NCBI GenBank assembly: GCA_002269645.1
Contig: NIVC01000511.1
Coordinates: forward strand, 26,125 to 90,124
Direction of reading: 5' to 3'
Length of the DNA stretch: 64,000 nt
Source of the DNA: Macrostomum lignano
Lineage: Eukaryota
Positions 21,995-31,865 of the stretch are shown piece after piece. Below the pieces are notes generated by a model, which was not told the origin of the DNA, searched no databases, and saw only the letters and a program-made list of their open reading frames with translations. The stretch's first letter is position 1. Each line of letters begins with the position of its first letter. The translations under genes were made by a program, and so were the position numbers.

Positions 21995-23600
21995 TTAATC
22001 GCTGCGTTGGGTTGATCGGTGCACGCAGATGCGGGCAGTGCGACTAACATAAGTCTTAGCCCTAGGATTAATAATCAGCCTCTCAGGCTGCCTACGATTC
22101 CTAGCCGGCCTACCGGCATCTACAATTCCTACTGACGCTTCCACCGGAGTGGTGCATAGCGACGGCCCAGGGGTCTGGACCACAGATAAAGCAGCACTGG
22201 GGGCGGGAGCAGAAACGGGCGGAAAAGAAACGGCAGGCATAGACGCATCAAGAACAGGCTCATGCAAATGACATTCACCATACGGCACTGGCTCACGCCG
22301 AAGTGCACTTGCCTGGTTCGCTGGTGTCGTGACCGGTCCACCTCCTGGCTGTACCTCCGGGATCGCCAAAGGCCGGAAGTGCCATCGGAAGGCCGGCCTT
22401 GCGTCGTAGCCGTCATCATCATCATCGTCGGGGTCGTCCTGGTCGTCCTCGGGAATTGGCGTCAGGGTCGCGGGTCCTGCGCCGTCGGGGACGTCGGGCG
22501 GCCGCCGGCGTTTCTTCGGATTGTCGACTTCAGGATCCGATGTCCTCGTGTAGTCAGCGTCAGGCACGAGCAGAAGGTTCCGGCGATGGACGACTAATTC
22601 GTCTCGTCTAGCTCTCGGGTTGGGCAGTCTCCGTCGAATCTTGTAGACAACCTCGCCCTTAGGCTCGACGACTTCATACAGTGCTTTGCGCGGTCGTGAA
22701 ACTTCGCCGCCTCGTCCGGTTCAAGCACCGGATTGTTGAGGAAGACCAGATCACCGGGTTGAAGCTTCTTGGCGGCGGGCAGGTTCGAATAGTGCTCGTC
22801 TCGCAGTTGCTGGTGCAGATGCAGGCGCTCCTTGGCTAGCTCAGTCGCCTCGTCCAGGCGACGTTGGAAGTCCTTGACGTAGTCGGGCAGGTCGGCGTAC
22901 TCGGGCAGCTTCTTCAGCGCGTTGTCGATCGGGAGTCGGAAGTCACGGCCGAACACCAGGTAGTGAGGCGTGAAGCCGGTCACCGGGTGCACGCTGGAGC
23001 GGAGAGCCATCAGACAGGCCGGGAGGAAGGTGTCCCAGTCGTTGTGGTTGCGCTCGAGCAGACAGGTGAGGACACTCTTCAGCTGCTTGTTGAGGTTCTC
23101 GACTTGTCCATTGGAAGCTGGATTGTACGGTGTTGTTGTCGTATGCCGAATGCCAAACAGGTCGCAGAACTTCTTGAAGGCCGAGCCGGTGAAGTTGGTG
23201 CCTTGGTCGGTGTGGATCCAGCATGGTACACCGAACTCAGGGATGAAGCGCTCCTGCAGAAGCTTGATGACTGTTTTGGCTTTCTGGTTTCTCATCGGGT
23301 AGGCGAATGGATACTTCGACGTCGCATCGCACAAGGTCAGGATGTAGCGGTTGCCGCTCTTGCTGCTTTCTGCGCGATTGGTCCTACTACATCACAGTGG
23401 ATTCTACCCAGAACTTCGCAGACTGGGAAGCTCTGGACCGGAACTCTTCTCGCCGTCGCGATTTACTTTCAAGGCAGGTGCGGCACTTACTGATGAAGGT
23501 CTTGGTAGCACGGGCTAATCCGGGTCTCCAGAACCGTTCTCGTAGCCGCAGTAACGTCTTGTCTCACCGAGGTGTCCACACAGTGGCGAACTGTGGAGCT
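21995..23600 (-). CDS. Gypsy integrase (HHCC, DDE core, GPY/F-like module, low-complexity tail), split by frameshifts
   Basis: LHSSPLCGHLG.../RFWRPGL...KCRTC; RIHCDVVGP; IHTDQGTNF...TTPYNPASNGQVENLNKQLK (22594-23334); tail RNRRQPERL (21995-22567). Confidence 0.9.
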
Positions 23601-26373
23601 CCTGGAGCACCTGGGCGTCAAGGGCCTCAGGCAGAACAACCTTTGGCTGCTGGCCATCGGACAGGTCAATCAGCAGCAGGCCGTTGTCCTCCTGCAGGTT
23701 CTCGTAGTATCCGAGCAGGTTCCGCTGCTCCTTCGTCAGGCGCAACCGGGCGTCGAACTCAGGCTTCGGGGCTTCGTCCTTGACCAGGTTGAGCACGTAG
23801 CTGATGGCTCGGTCAGCGCGCTGGGCTTCAACGAACTGTTGGCGAGTCATCGGCAGCTTCAGAAAATCAGTGAGCACAGCGCGGCATGGCTGAGGGGTCC
23901 GGATTCCCGCAGTCTCCGCTTTAATGGCTCCAGGTCGATCACACGGCACCGTCTTGTCGGCGTCAGGATTAGGTCGCTCCGAGGGACTTTGTCTCGCAAC
24001 GTCGGCGTACGTCCGTTGATCTCGTTTCGAAGTTCTCATTGTCGCTCTCTTGACAGAAAATTCTGCAGATGGAGCAGTGCACATGCCTCCACTGCCTAGC
24101 CCAGGCGACTCTTGGCTGTAGGGCGGGACGCAACACGAGAAGCACGCCTCGTCGCTGGCAGCCGTAGCCGTCGGCTCAGTCGTCGTCAAAGTTGGGTGAG
24201 TCTTCTCCTGCACTGGGCGGTGTCGCAAAGGGGGACTCGACTTTCCGCACAGGCGATGAGCAGCTGTCTGTCGGCCCGGGGGACAGAGCATCGACCTTGC
24301 AGCTGGCGCGAGATTCTGGCCCCTGTCAACATGGCGAGAGATCTCAGCGAAAGGCTCAGAAGGGTTGTACTTAAGTTGCTGTCCTGGAGTTGCGTTGCGG
24401 GCCGTCATCAGAAGGGCTGCTGGCGCGGTGGCCTTTGAATCTTGGTCCGTGGGCGTCTCCAGATTCCGAGACCGGAAGTCTTGGGCGTCGTCAAGGAGGT
24501 CTGCTTCGGCGGTGGCCTCTAGGACTTCGTCCAGGTTGGTCTCCAGGTAACGGCAGTCGGCGTGGGCATCGCTGCAGAGGGCTGTCGTCACAGTGGCCTC
24601 TGGGTTGTCGTCCAGGCCGATCTCCAGGCGTTGACTGCAGCGGTGGGCGTCGTGCTGGAAGGCTGCTGGCGCGGTGGCTTCCAGGTCTTCGTCCAGGTCA
24701 GTCTCGGCCTCCAGGTAGCGAGGGTGGACAGTCTTCGGGAGGGCTGCTCTGGCAGTGGCCTCGGGTGTCGCGTCCAAGTCCGTCTCCAGGAAACGTCGGC
24801 GCTCAGTCTTGGGGCTGCCGCCGGCACCGGGTTGGGCTGTAGAACCAGGTTGCTTTAGCAGTCGGCCATGCTCGAAGTTGATCGGTGGTGTCTCCGGTCT
24901 TCTTGACAGGGCGTCGGCGTTGGCGTGGTCCTTGCCTTTGCGGTGGTTAAGCTGGAAGCGGAACTCGCTAAGGCGTTCGATCCAGCGGCCTAAAATACCT
25001 GTGGCCTGAGTTTGGTTCAGTAACCACAGTAAGGCCCGATGATCGGATCGAACTTCAAACTTCTTGCCGATTAAGTAATGACGGAAATGTCGCATAGCGT
25101 CCACAATTGCAAGCAGCTCTTTCTTCGTGACCGTGTAGCGCTTCTCAGGATCGCGAAGTTTACGGCTAAAGAATGCAATTGGACGTTCGACGCCGTCGGA
25201 TTGCAGTTGTCCAAGGCAAGCGCCTATTCGAATATCAGAGGCATCCGTGTCGAGGACAAACTTCACTGCAGGATCAGAGTTAAACTCAGGCAGAGCGAGA
25301 ACTTCAGTTGAACACAATTTCTTCTTCAGAGTGTCGAACGCGTGCTGATGCTCGGGAGTCCAATGCTGCCGCAGGCTGCCAATGTCCTTTCGCGTCAGGG
25401 CATGCAGCGGCGCAGCCACTCCAGCGTAGCCGTCGACAAACTTGTGGTAGTAATTGGCGAGGCCTAGGAATTGTCTCAGTTGAGTAACGGACTGTGGCAC
25501 GGGCCAATCACGGATCTGCGCAATCTTGTCCTCACAGGTCTTCAGGCCGTCGGGAGTCACGACGTGACCTAAATAATGCAGCTCCTTGAGGAACAAATGA
25601 CACTTCTTCGGTTTCACTTTGAGGTTGGCTGCGATGATGCGCTGGAGCACAGTCCGCAGATTATCCAGCTGTTCCTCGAAAGTCACTGAGTGCACCACGA
25701 TGTCGTCCATGTAGCCAAGCGCAGTATTTGGCGTCAGGCCGTCCAGGAGCTTATTGATGCAACGCTGAAAGCTGCCGGGACTATCGTGGAGACCCATCGG
25801 TAGAACGTTAAAACAGAATTGGCCGCGGTCGATTACTGAGAACGCCGTCAGGTGCTGGTCGCAGTCACGCAGCGGGATCTGCCAGAATCCTTGAGCAAGG
25901 TCCAAGCTGGAATACCACTGAGCACCACGAAGCTTCGCGAAGGTTTCCTGGATGTGCGGCAGTGGATACGGGTGATACACACACCTGTCGTTGAGAGCTC
26001 TGAAGTCGTGGACTAGTCGGATGTTGCCGTCCTTCTTGGGCACGATGAGCATTGGCGAATTGTAGCTCGAGTAGGCAGGGCGAATGATGTGCTTCGCCAG
26101 CATCTCGTCTAGCAGGGCGTCGAGCTTGTCCTTCAGATGAGGCGGGATTCGGCGCGGTGGAAGCGCAACTGGTGTCCGGTCCTTTAAGATGATCTCGTGG
26201 GTCACCAGGTGAGTCAGGCCGGCGTCTAGCGGGTGCTTGGAGAAGGCCGCTTGACATTCGACTAGGAGATCTCGCACTCGCTGATGTTGTTCTTTGGACA
26301 ATTCGTTGTTGATCTCGACTTCATCTAGCCATGCTGTGCTGGACTCTTCAGAGTTCTTCGGGAGGTGTCGCAC
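23515..26373 (-). CDS. Gypsy pol: reverse transcriptase, RNase H, repetitive linker and start of integrase
   Basis: LVHDFRALN, FCFNVLPMGL, YMDDIVV, FVLDTDASD, KKELLAIV, VRSDHRALLWL. Confidence 0.97.
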   Translation of the reverse strand: MRHLPKNSEESSTAWLDEVEINNELSKEQHQRVRDLLVECQAAFSKHPLDAGLTHLVTHEIILKDRTPVALPPRRIPPHLKDKLDALLDEMLAKHIIRPAYSSYNSPMLIVPKKDGNIRLVHDFRALNDRCVYHPYPLPHIQETFAKLRGAQWYSSLDLAQGFWQIPLRDCDQHLTAFSVIDRGQFCFNVLPMGLHDSPGSFQRCINKLLDGLTPNTALGYMDDIVVHSVTFEEQLDNLRTVLQRIIAANLKVKPKKCHLFLKELHYLGHVVTPDGLKTCEDKIAQIRDWPVPQSVTQLRQFLGLANYYHKFVDGYAGVAAPLHALTRKDIGSLRQHWTPEHQHAFDTLKKKLCSTEVLALPEFNSDPAVKFVLDTDASDIRIGACLGQLQSDGVERPIAFFSRKLRDPEKRYTVTKKELLAIVDAMRHFRHYLIGKKFEVRSDHRALLWLLNQTQATGILGRWIERLSEFRFQLNHRKGKDHANADALSRRPETPPINFEHGRLLKQPGSTAQPGAGGSPKTERRRFLETDLDATPEATARAALPKTVHPRYLEAETDLDEDLEATAPAAFQHDAHRCSQRLEIGLDDNPEATVTTALCSDAHADCRYLETNLDEVLEATAEADLLDDAQDFRSRNLETPTDQDSKATAPAALLMTARNATPGQQLKYNPSEPFAEISRHVDRGQNLAPAARSMLCPPGRQTAAHRLCGKSSPPLRHRPVQEKTHPTLTTTEPTATAASDEACFSCCVPPYSQESPGLGSGGMCTAPSAEFSVKRATMRTSKRDQRTYADVARQSPSERPNPDADKTVPCDRPGAIKAETAGIRTPQPCRAVLTDFLKLPMTRQQFVEAQRADRAISYVLNLVKDEAPKPEFDARLRLTKEQRNLLGYYENLQEDNGLLLIDLSDGQQPKVVLPEALDAQVLQELHSSPLCGHLGETRRYCGYENGSGDPD

Positions 26374-26400
26374 TTCAGGTTCGGCGTCTCACTCAGTACA

Positions 26401-27288
26401 TCAGGTCGGCAGTTCGGAGTGGCGTCGCAACACCACACGGATACCGGCTTGCAGGAACACCTCGCTGTCGGCGGTGTTGACGACCTCAATGTAGCCGCGA
26501 CCTTCAGGCATCGTCATCAGAGCAGGCGCTGCTTCCAGAGCGTTGCAGCTGGGATGCAGCCTCGACTTAACCAGCTCGACAATTGATGGCGATCCTCGAT
26601 TCTCGGGGTGGCCGTCATCCAGTCTGACGGCAAGCAGCGCTGAACTTCTAGGCGGAAGGGTGCACTTCTCGGAGGTGTACACTCGGCAGGTTTGAAGCTC
26701 ACGACGCGAATAACGAACAGGGATGCACGTGCCATTGTTGAACGTTAGCATTCCTTGAGCGAAGTCCAAGTTCTGGCAGTGCTCTCGCATAAACGATACG
26801 CCAAGCAAGTTTTCACAATCGGAGACCGTGACGAGGAATTCGGTGTCCGCGACGACATCACCGAACTCCACCGGAATGGTCACCTTACAAGCAAGTGGGA
26901 GCTGCGTCCCATCATACATAGTTACGCAATCGGGAATAGCATGCGATATAATACAACGAGGCATCCGACGTCTAATAGCGGCCCAGGTTGACGAACCAAG
27001 AAAGTTTTTCCGGCTGCCGCTGTCAAGCAAGAAAGGGACCTCTCGACTCGCAACTCGACCTGTGACGTACGGATCGGCCTCACGCGCATGGATTTTTTGA
27101 TTCGGGGAGGTGTCCACGAAACCTCCGCACTCCGCGTCACTTACTGACGAGTGACTGTCGGACTGGGCATTGGCGCCTGCACAGCCGACATCCTCTTCTT
27201 CTGGTGACCTCTCGGAGTCTGCCAAGTAGCCTGGGCTTGGACCTCGCGGAGGGCGGTGCCGTTGTCGCTCTCCGCCTGGCCGTTTCCC
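26401..27288 (-). CDS. Gypsy aspartic protease region, in the -1 frame relative to gag
   Basis: FLLDSGSRKNFL catalytic motif and NLLGVSFM. Confidence 0.88.
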   Translation of the reverse strand, partial: GKRPGGERQRHRPPRGPSPGYLADSERSPEEEDVGCAGANAQSDSHSSVSDAECGGFVDTSPNQKIHAREADPYVTGRVASREVPFLLDSGSRKNFLGSSTWAAIRRRMPRCIISHAIPDCVTMYDGTQLPLACKVTIPVEFGDVVADTEFLVTVSDCENLLGVSFMREHCQNLDFAQGMLTFNNGTCIPVRYSRRELQTCRVYTSEKCTLPPRSSALLAVRLDDGHPENRGSPSIVELVKSRLHPSCNALEAAPALMTMPEGRGYIEVVNTADSEVFLQAGIRVVLRRHSELPT

Positions 27289-28403
27289 TGGTTCTGGCGC
27301 ATCGGGCACTGGGCACTGCGGTGACCGGGCTGTCCGCAGCCGTAGCAGATTGTAGTCTTCGCCGGCGGGCTGTTCTTCTGCTGTTGGTCACGCTGCACCA
27401 GGTGATCAAGCAGTCGCTGCTGCTTCTCGATCAAGTCGGTTAGAGTTAGCAAGGCTTGGGCGGTGACGTCGGGCTTCGGGTCGCCGTCCTGCTCCCCGTC
27501 CAACATCCTAACCGGGGGTTGAGCGGTTCGCTGCGCCAATTCTTTGGCGCCTTCTAGTCGTCGTAGTTCTCGAATCGCAGCAAGAAGATTATTTGGGCGG
27601 ACCCAGTACAGCCGTTCACGCAGGTCTGGAGTCGTCCGGATACCAGCAAGAAATTGATCAGCAATCTCCTTCTCGCGGTCTTCAGGGTGCATTCGAGGAT
27701 ACGCACGTTCACCAAGAGTTCTCAGGGCGTCAGCAAACTCTTCTGCTGACTCATTCTTGCCTTGTTGACGACGCCTCAACAGCTCTCTGTACTCATCAGC
27801 ACCACCATGACGGGCAAATCGCTCAATCAGACGCTGCTTGACCTCCTCGTAGCTGGCGAAACGCGGAAGATTCATACCAAGCAGGGCAGGATACGCAGTA
27901 GCTAAGTCAAGACTCGCGATGAGGTGTTGTTTCATCTCGAACGGGTCGACGATGCGCTCCATCTCGCAACGCTGCTCGAACGCGGCAAGCCAGACATGAA
28001 TGTCCTGACTTGGAGTAAACTTCACAATTTTAACTTGTTTACTCACGGGCCGCTCCATCTGCTGCTGCAGAGCTGCCATCATGGTCCTGACGTCTTGGTG
28101 CGTGATGTTCCGGCCGATGTTGTCCAGGCCTTGCAGAAGCTCGTCTGGCGGGTCGTCGGACGCGTCGCTTCTGGCACCTCGCCTCGGCGTCGGCTGCTGA
28201 CCAAAGTCGTTGATCGCTGCTGCTGCTGCGGCGGCGTCTCCGGCCGCAGGCCTCGAACTGCTGATGTGCTGATCCAGCCGGCTGCTGCACCGGCTTTCGT
28301 CTCGCTCGTTGAACATGTTGAACTCGTCGTAGTCGCTGGCCGAAGTCGTTCTCGAAAGAGCGGTTGGCTTGGGTGTGTCGTAGTCGGATCCCACCGCTGC
28401 CAC
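27141..28403 (-). CDS. Gypsy gag with C-terminal CCHC zinc knuckle
   Basis: 420-aa ORF with retrotransposon-gag-like core and CYGCGQPGHRSAQC. The track's GTG start lies inside the PBS, so the real ATG is probably downstream. Confidence 0.92.
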   Translation of the reverse strand: MAAVGSDYDTPKPTALSRTTSASDYDEFNMFNERDESRCSSRLDQHISSSRPAAGDAAAAAAAINDFGQQPTPRRGARSDASDDPPDELLQGLDNIGRNITHQDVRTMMAALQQQMERPVSKQVKIVKFTPSQDIHVWLAAFEQRCEMERIVDPFEMKQHLIASLDLATAYPALLGMNLPRFASYEEVKQRLIERFARHGGADEYRELLRRRQQGKNESAEEFADALRTLGERAYPRMHPEDREKEIADQFLAGIRTTPDLRERLYWVRPNNLLAAIRELRRLEGAKELAQRTAQPPVRMLDGEQDGDPKPDVTAQALLTLTDLIEKQQRLLDHLVQRDQQQKNSPPAKTTICYGCGQPGHRSAQCPMRQNQGNGQAESDNGTALREVQAQATWQTPRGHQKKRMSAVQAPMPSPTVTRQ

Positions 28404-28405
28404 CA
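28388..28405 (-). promoter_or_regulatory. Primer-binding site complementary to the 3' 18 nt of tRNA-Leu
   Basis: TGGTGGCAGCGGTGGGAT, 1 nt after the 5' LTR; complementary to ...ATCCCACCGCTGCCA-CCA, the 3' end of eukaryotic tRNA-Leu(AAG) as I recall it. Confidence 0.88.
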
Positions 28406-28406
28406 G

Positions 28407-29466
28407 TGAAATACAATGGTTTTCTCGGGGTGGCCTGGTAGGTCTTTGAATCCCACCGCTGCCACCAGTGAAATAGTTGGGTTTTCTTCCCGGTTTAGGC
28501 CCTTGCGGATTACCTTAATCTTGAGCCTCTTCAGTGGGAAGTTCTCTCAACTCTCTCAGTAGCGTAGGTAGTGCTGCCACCAGTTCCTTCAGGTCTCGGC
28601 CTTCGATGAGGTGAGCTTCCCGTCGGAACGAAATAAACAAGTCAACGAACTCAGCACAGTGTGCAGATTTGCAGATTAATGAACAAGGCGTCCTGATCAG
28701 CAGATCCCCGCCGGGCTCAGGGGTGGCTGGGAAGGCAGTGTTAGCCTCCCTTAGGCTTGGGCTTTAGTGGGGTCTCAGTCAGACCAGTACAAACGAATTC
28801 AGTACGCAAAGGGCACTTAGTTAGACACTGACGCACACGGGTTCTTAGTGAATTCTCCGCAGATAAGAAGCCAAAATAATTCCTTGACGGAAACAAGGGG
28901 AGAGGGGTCCTATTTATAGCCGGGAAACACCCACGCACAAGACCTCGTGACTTGTTCTATTTTTAGAACTGACGTCACTTGAGATCTCGAGGCAGGGTCT
29001 CAGTGCGCGCAAGACCTCGTGACTCGTTCTATTTTTAGAACTGACGTCACTTGAGGTCTCCGGCCAGGGTACACGCGGCTGTGACTCAGTTGCTATTTTT
29101 AGCAACATGAGTCACTCCTCTCCTTAGAGAAGGGAGGGGTCCGAAAGCACGTGATTCTCCCGGTAAACAGGGCCAACGAGTGCAGTAAACATGTTTACTG
29201 CACTTTAGGACTCGAAGAACGCAGAGTCTGTCATGTGACTTGCTCACATGACAGAGGAAAACGGGACGGGAACGAAACAGAGACAGCCCACAGCAGAGAA
29301 GCTGAGGGCTGAGAACAGAGACGCAGAAGGGCAGAACAGGCCAAGGGCAGCAACAGACGGGCCAAGGGGGTGGGAAGCTGACCAGCGGCAGACAGCAACC
29401 CAGGGCGAGGGCGAGGGAGACTGCTGACAAAGTGGGACGCCTAACATCAACTAGCGGATCACTACA
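28407..29466 (-). repeat. 5' LTR of the gypsy element (TATAAATA box at 28911-28918)
   Basis: Near-identical to 20402-21463; TG...CA termini. Confidence 0.93.
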
Positions 29467-29556
29467 GACACTACTCCTGAGGTGAAGAAGAGATAAGTAG
29501 TACTGAAATTTGAGAAGTAGTCAACTTTTTGTACGTCCATTCGAGGGGGAATATTT

Positions 29557-30227
29557 TTATGGACAGAAGGTCCCGATTATATATTTGCAGCTGTAACGAC
29601 ATGAAAATGCTGCAGCTGTTGCAGTCAAACTTGAAGTGACGCATCGCCGTTTTAGAGTATCATTTTGGCATCTCAGTCGTGCTGAAGTGTTTCTCTCGGC
29701 CTTGAGTTTCTGCCTTAGCTGCTGCGTGGTCGCAACTCTTCGACCGGTAGGCTTGGGTAAGGGCACAGTAATCGGCGGAGCGTCCTTTCTCGGAGACATG
29801 TCGAAAGGTTCACCTCGGACAGTCGGAGATTTTCGTTGCAGGACTGGTGGAATCGCTTTGTACAGATTTCTAGCAGGAAACGCCGTAGTCAGTAGTTGCG
29901 TTCCCGGCTCTTGGCGAAGTCTTGGGCAGCTGTACATTTCGTCAGTGAAGTGGAGGCTGCACACTACGGCACATGCCCACTTGTGCCAGTTGGCTTTGCC
30001 AAGCAGGTCGACTCTGTAGAGTCGGCGCGCCCATTCTTCGCATTTCTGCATGAAACAGTTATTATGGCATGCCTGTCAAAAGCGACTACAATAACTCATA
30101 ATACTGATGTCACATACCTTTCAGGACTCTTGATTGGAAACTTATGAAAACAAAATCCAGGTTGATTTCTATACGCATAGGATTTACAGCCGTATGATGC
30201 GCACTGCTGACGTGAAACTGTTGGCAT
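29557..30227 (-). pseudogene. THAP zinc-finger plus coiled coil (N-terminus of a P-element/THAP9-type transposase), spliced frame broken
   Basis: Exon 30227-30118 MPTVSRQQCASYGC...FHKFPIKSPER; GT-AG intron; then KCEEWARR...VVCSLHF...AIP and QQLRQKLKAERN. The junction is out of frame by 1 nt. Confidence 0.8.
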
Positions 30228-30789
30228 GGCGCAACAGAGGCGTGAAACTGAGAATCACGGGACACTTACAATTGAAGCGATTTATTTATTATCCAAATCG
30301 ATTTATTTGGAGCGACCAAAGGGGTATAAATATAAGGAACGCAGGCAATTTTTTTCGCAGGGAGCTTGATTGAGCATTCTGGTGTATTCTGTGGAGGCAA
30401 CCATTGGAATGAAGGAGAAAAAAACAATAATAGAGTACAAGTTAAAGCATTTCAGACAGACAGACGGTCAGACCGAGCTTCTCTAACGTAAAGTCAATGA
30501 TAGCCTAGCGACAGACAGGGCGCCCGGAATTCTCCCAGCGAGGTAGAATTATTGAATCAGCTCACTCTGCTGCAATAATTAGCTATATAGGCTTACACCA
30601 GAGGCTTTCCTTCCCGGCTAATGCTCACTTTGCAGCAGGGGTCTCTGGTCCTGTTTTTACACAAGTTAGTTTGCAATGCGAATAGTATTATGGACACGTT
30701 GTCCTGCTGTAGCTGATGATAAACTAAAATAACGAATACATGCTAAAAAACTGGGACGGCATGTATGGAGTCCGGATAGACTGCGACTG

Positions 30790-31865
30790 CGAGAATGGAT
30801 TATGAATCTGTGAGAATAGAATGTGAATCTGTGAGAACAAGATGTGAATCTGTGAGAATAAGATGTGAATCTGTGAGAATAAGATGTGAATCTGTGAGAA
30901 TAAGCTGAGAATCTGTGAGAATAAAATGTGAATCTGTGAGAAAAGACTTGAGAACCTGTGAGAATAGACTGAGAATCTGTGAGATTTAACTGACAATATG
31001 TGATAAGAATTGATAATCTGTGAGAATAGACTTAAGAATCTGTGAGAATAAAATGTGAATCTGTGAGAACAAGATGTGAATCTGTGAGAATAAGATGTGA
31101 ATCTGTGAGAATAAGATGTGAATCTGTGAGAATAAGCTGAGAATCTGTGAGAATAAAATGTGAATCTGTGAGAAAAGACTTGAGAACCTGTGAGAATAGA
31201 CTGAGAATCTGTGAGATTTAACTGACAATATGTGATAAGAATTGATAATCTGTGAGAATAGACTTAAGAATCTGTGAGAATAGACTTAAGAATCTGTGAG
31301 AATAGACTTGAGAATCTGTGAGAATAGACTTAAGAATCTGTGAGAATAGACTTGAGAATCTGTAAGAATAGACTTGAGAATCTGTGAGAATAGAGACTTG
31401 AGAATCTGTGAGAATAGAGACTTGAGAATCTGTGAGAATAGGCTGTGAATATGTGAGATTGATAGAATCGATTTGTGAATGTGATGAGAGTAGACCGTGA
31501 ATCTGATAGAAATATTCGTGAATGTGAGAGTAGACCGTGAATCTGATAGAATAGATTTGTGAATCTGAAGTTAGACTGTGAATCTGATAGAATAGATTTG
31601 TTAATGTGATAGTAGACTGTGAATCTGATAGAATAGATTTGTGAACGTGAAATTAGACCGTGAATCTGATAGAATAGATTTTTTAATGTGAGAGTAGACT
31701 GTGAATCTGATAGAATAGATTTTTAAATGTGAGAGTAGACTGTGAATATGATAGAATAGATTTGTTAATGTGAGAGTAGACTGTGAATATGATAGAATAG
31801 ATTTTTAAATGGGAGAGTAGACTGTGAATCTGATAGAATATTTGGGAATGTGAGAGTAGACTGTA
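30790..31865. repeat. Complex satellite based on GAATCTGTGAGAATAAGATGT (~21 bp), including a ~232-bp block duplication
   Basis: Tandem units drift in sequence; two identical ORF starts lie 232 bp apart (30996 and 31228). Confidence 0.9.

Larger units (their letters stand above)
20402..29466 (-). mobile_element. Full-length Ty3/gypsy LTR retrotransposon (9065 bp)
   Basis: Two ~1.06-kb near-identical LTRs (TG...CA), 4-bp TSD GACA (20398-20401 and 29467-29470), PBS, PPT, gag with CCHC, and domain order PR-RT-RH-IN. Confidence 0.97.
20337..30393 (-). mobile_element. Internally deleted P-element-superfamily DNA transposon (~990 bp without the nested gypsy) carrying a THAP domain
   Basis: Perfect 26-bp TIRs CACAGAATACACCAGAATGCTCAATC (20337-20362 and 30368-30393), flanked by the 8-bp direct repeat GAGGCAAC (20329-20336 and 30394-30401). 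A THAP ORF lies inside. Confidence 0.8.
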
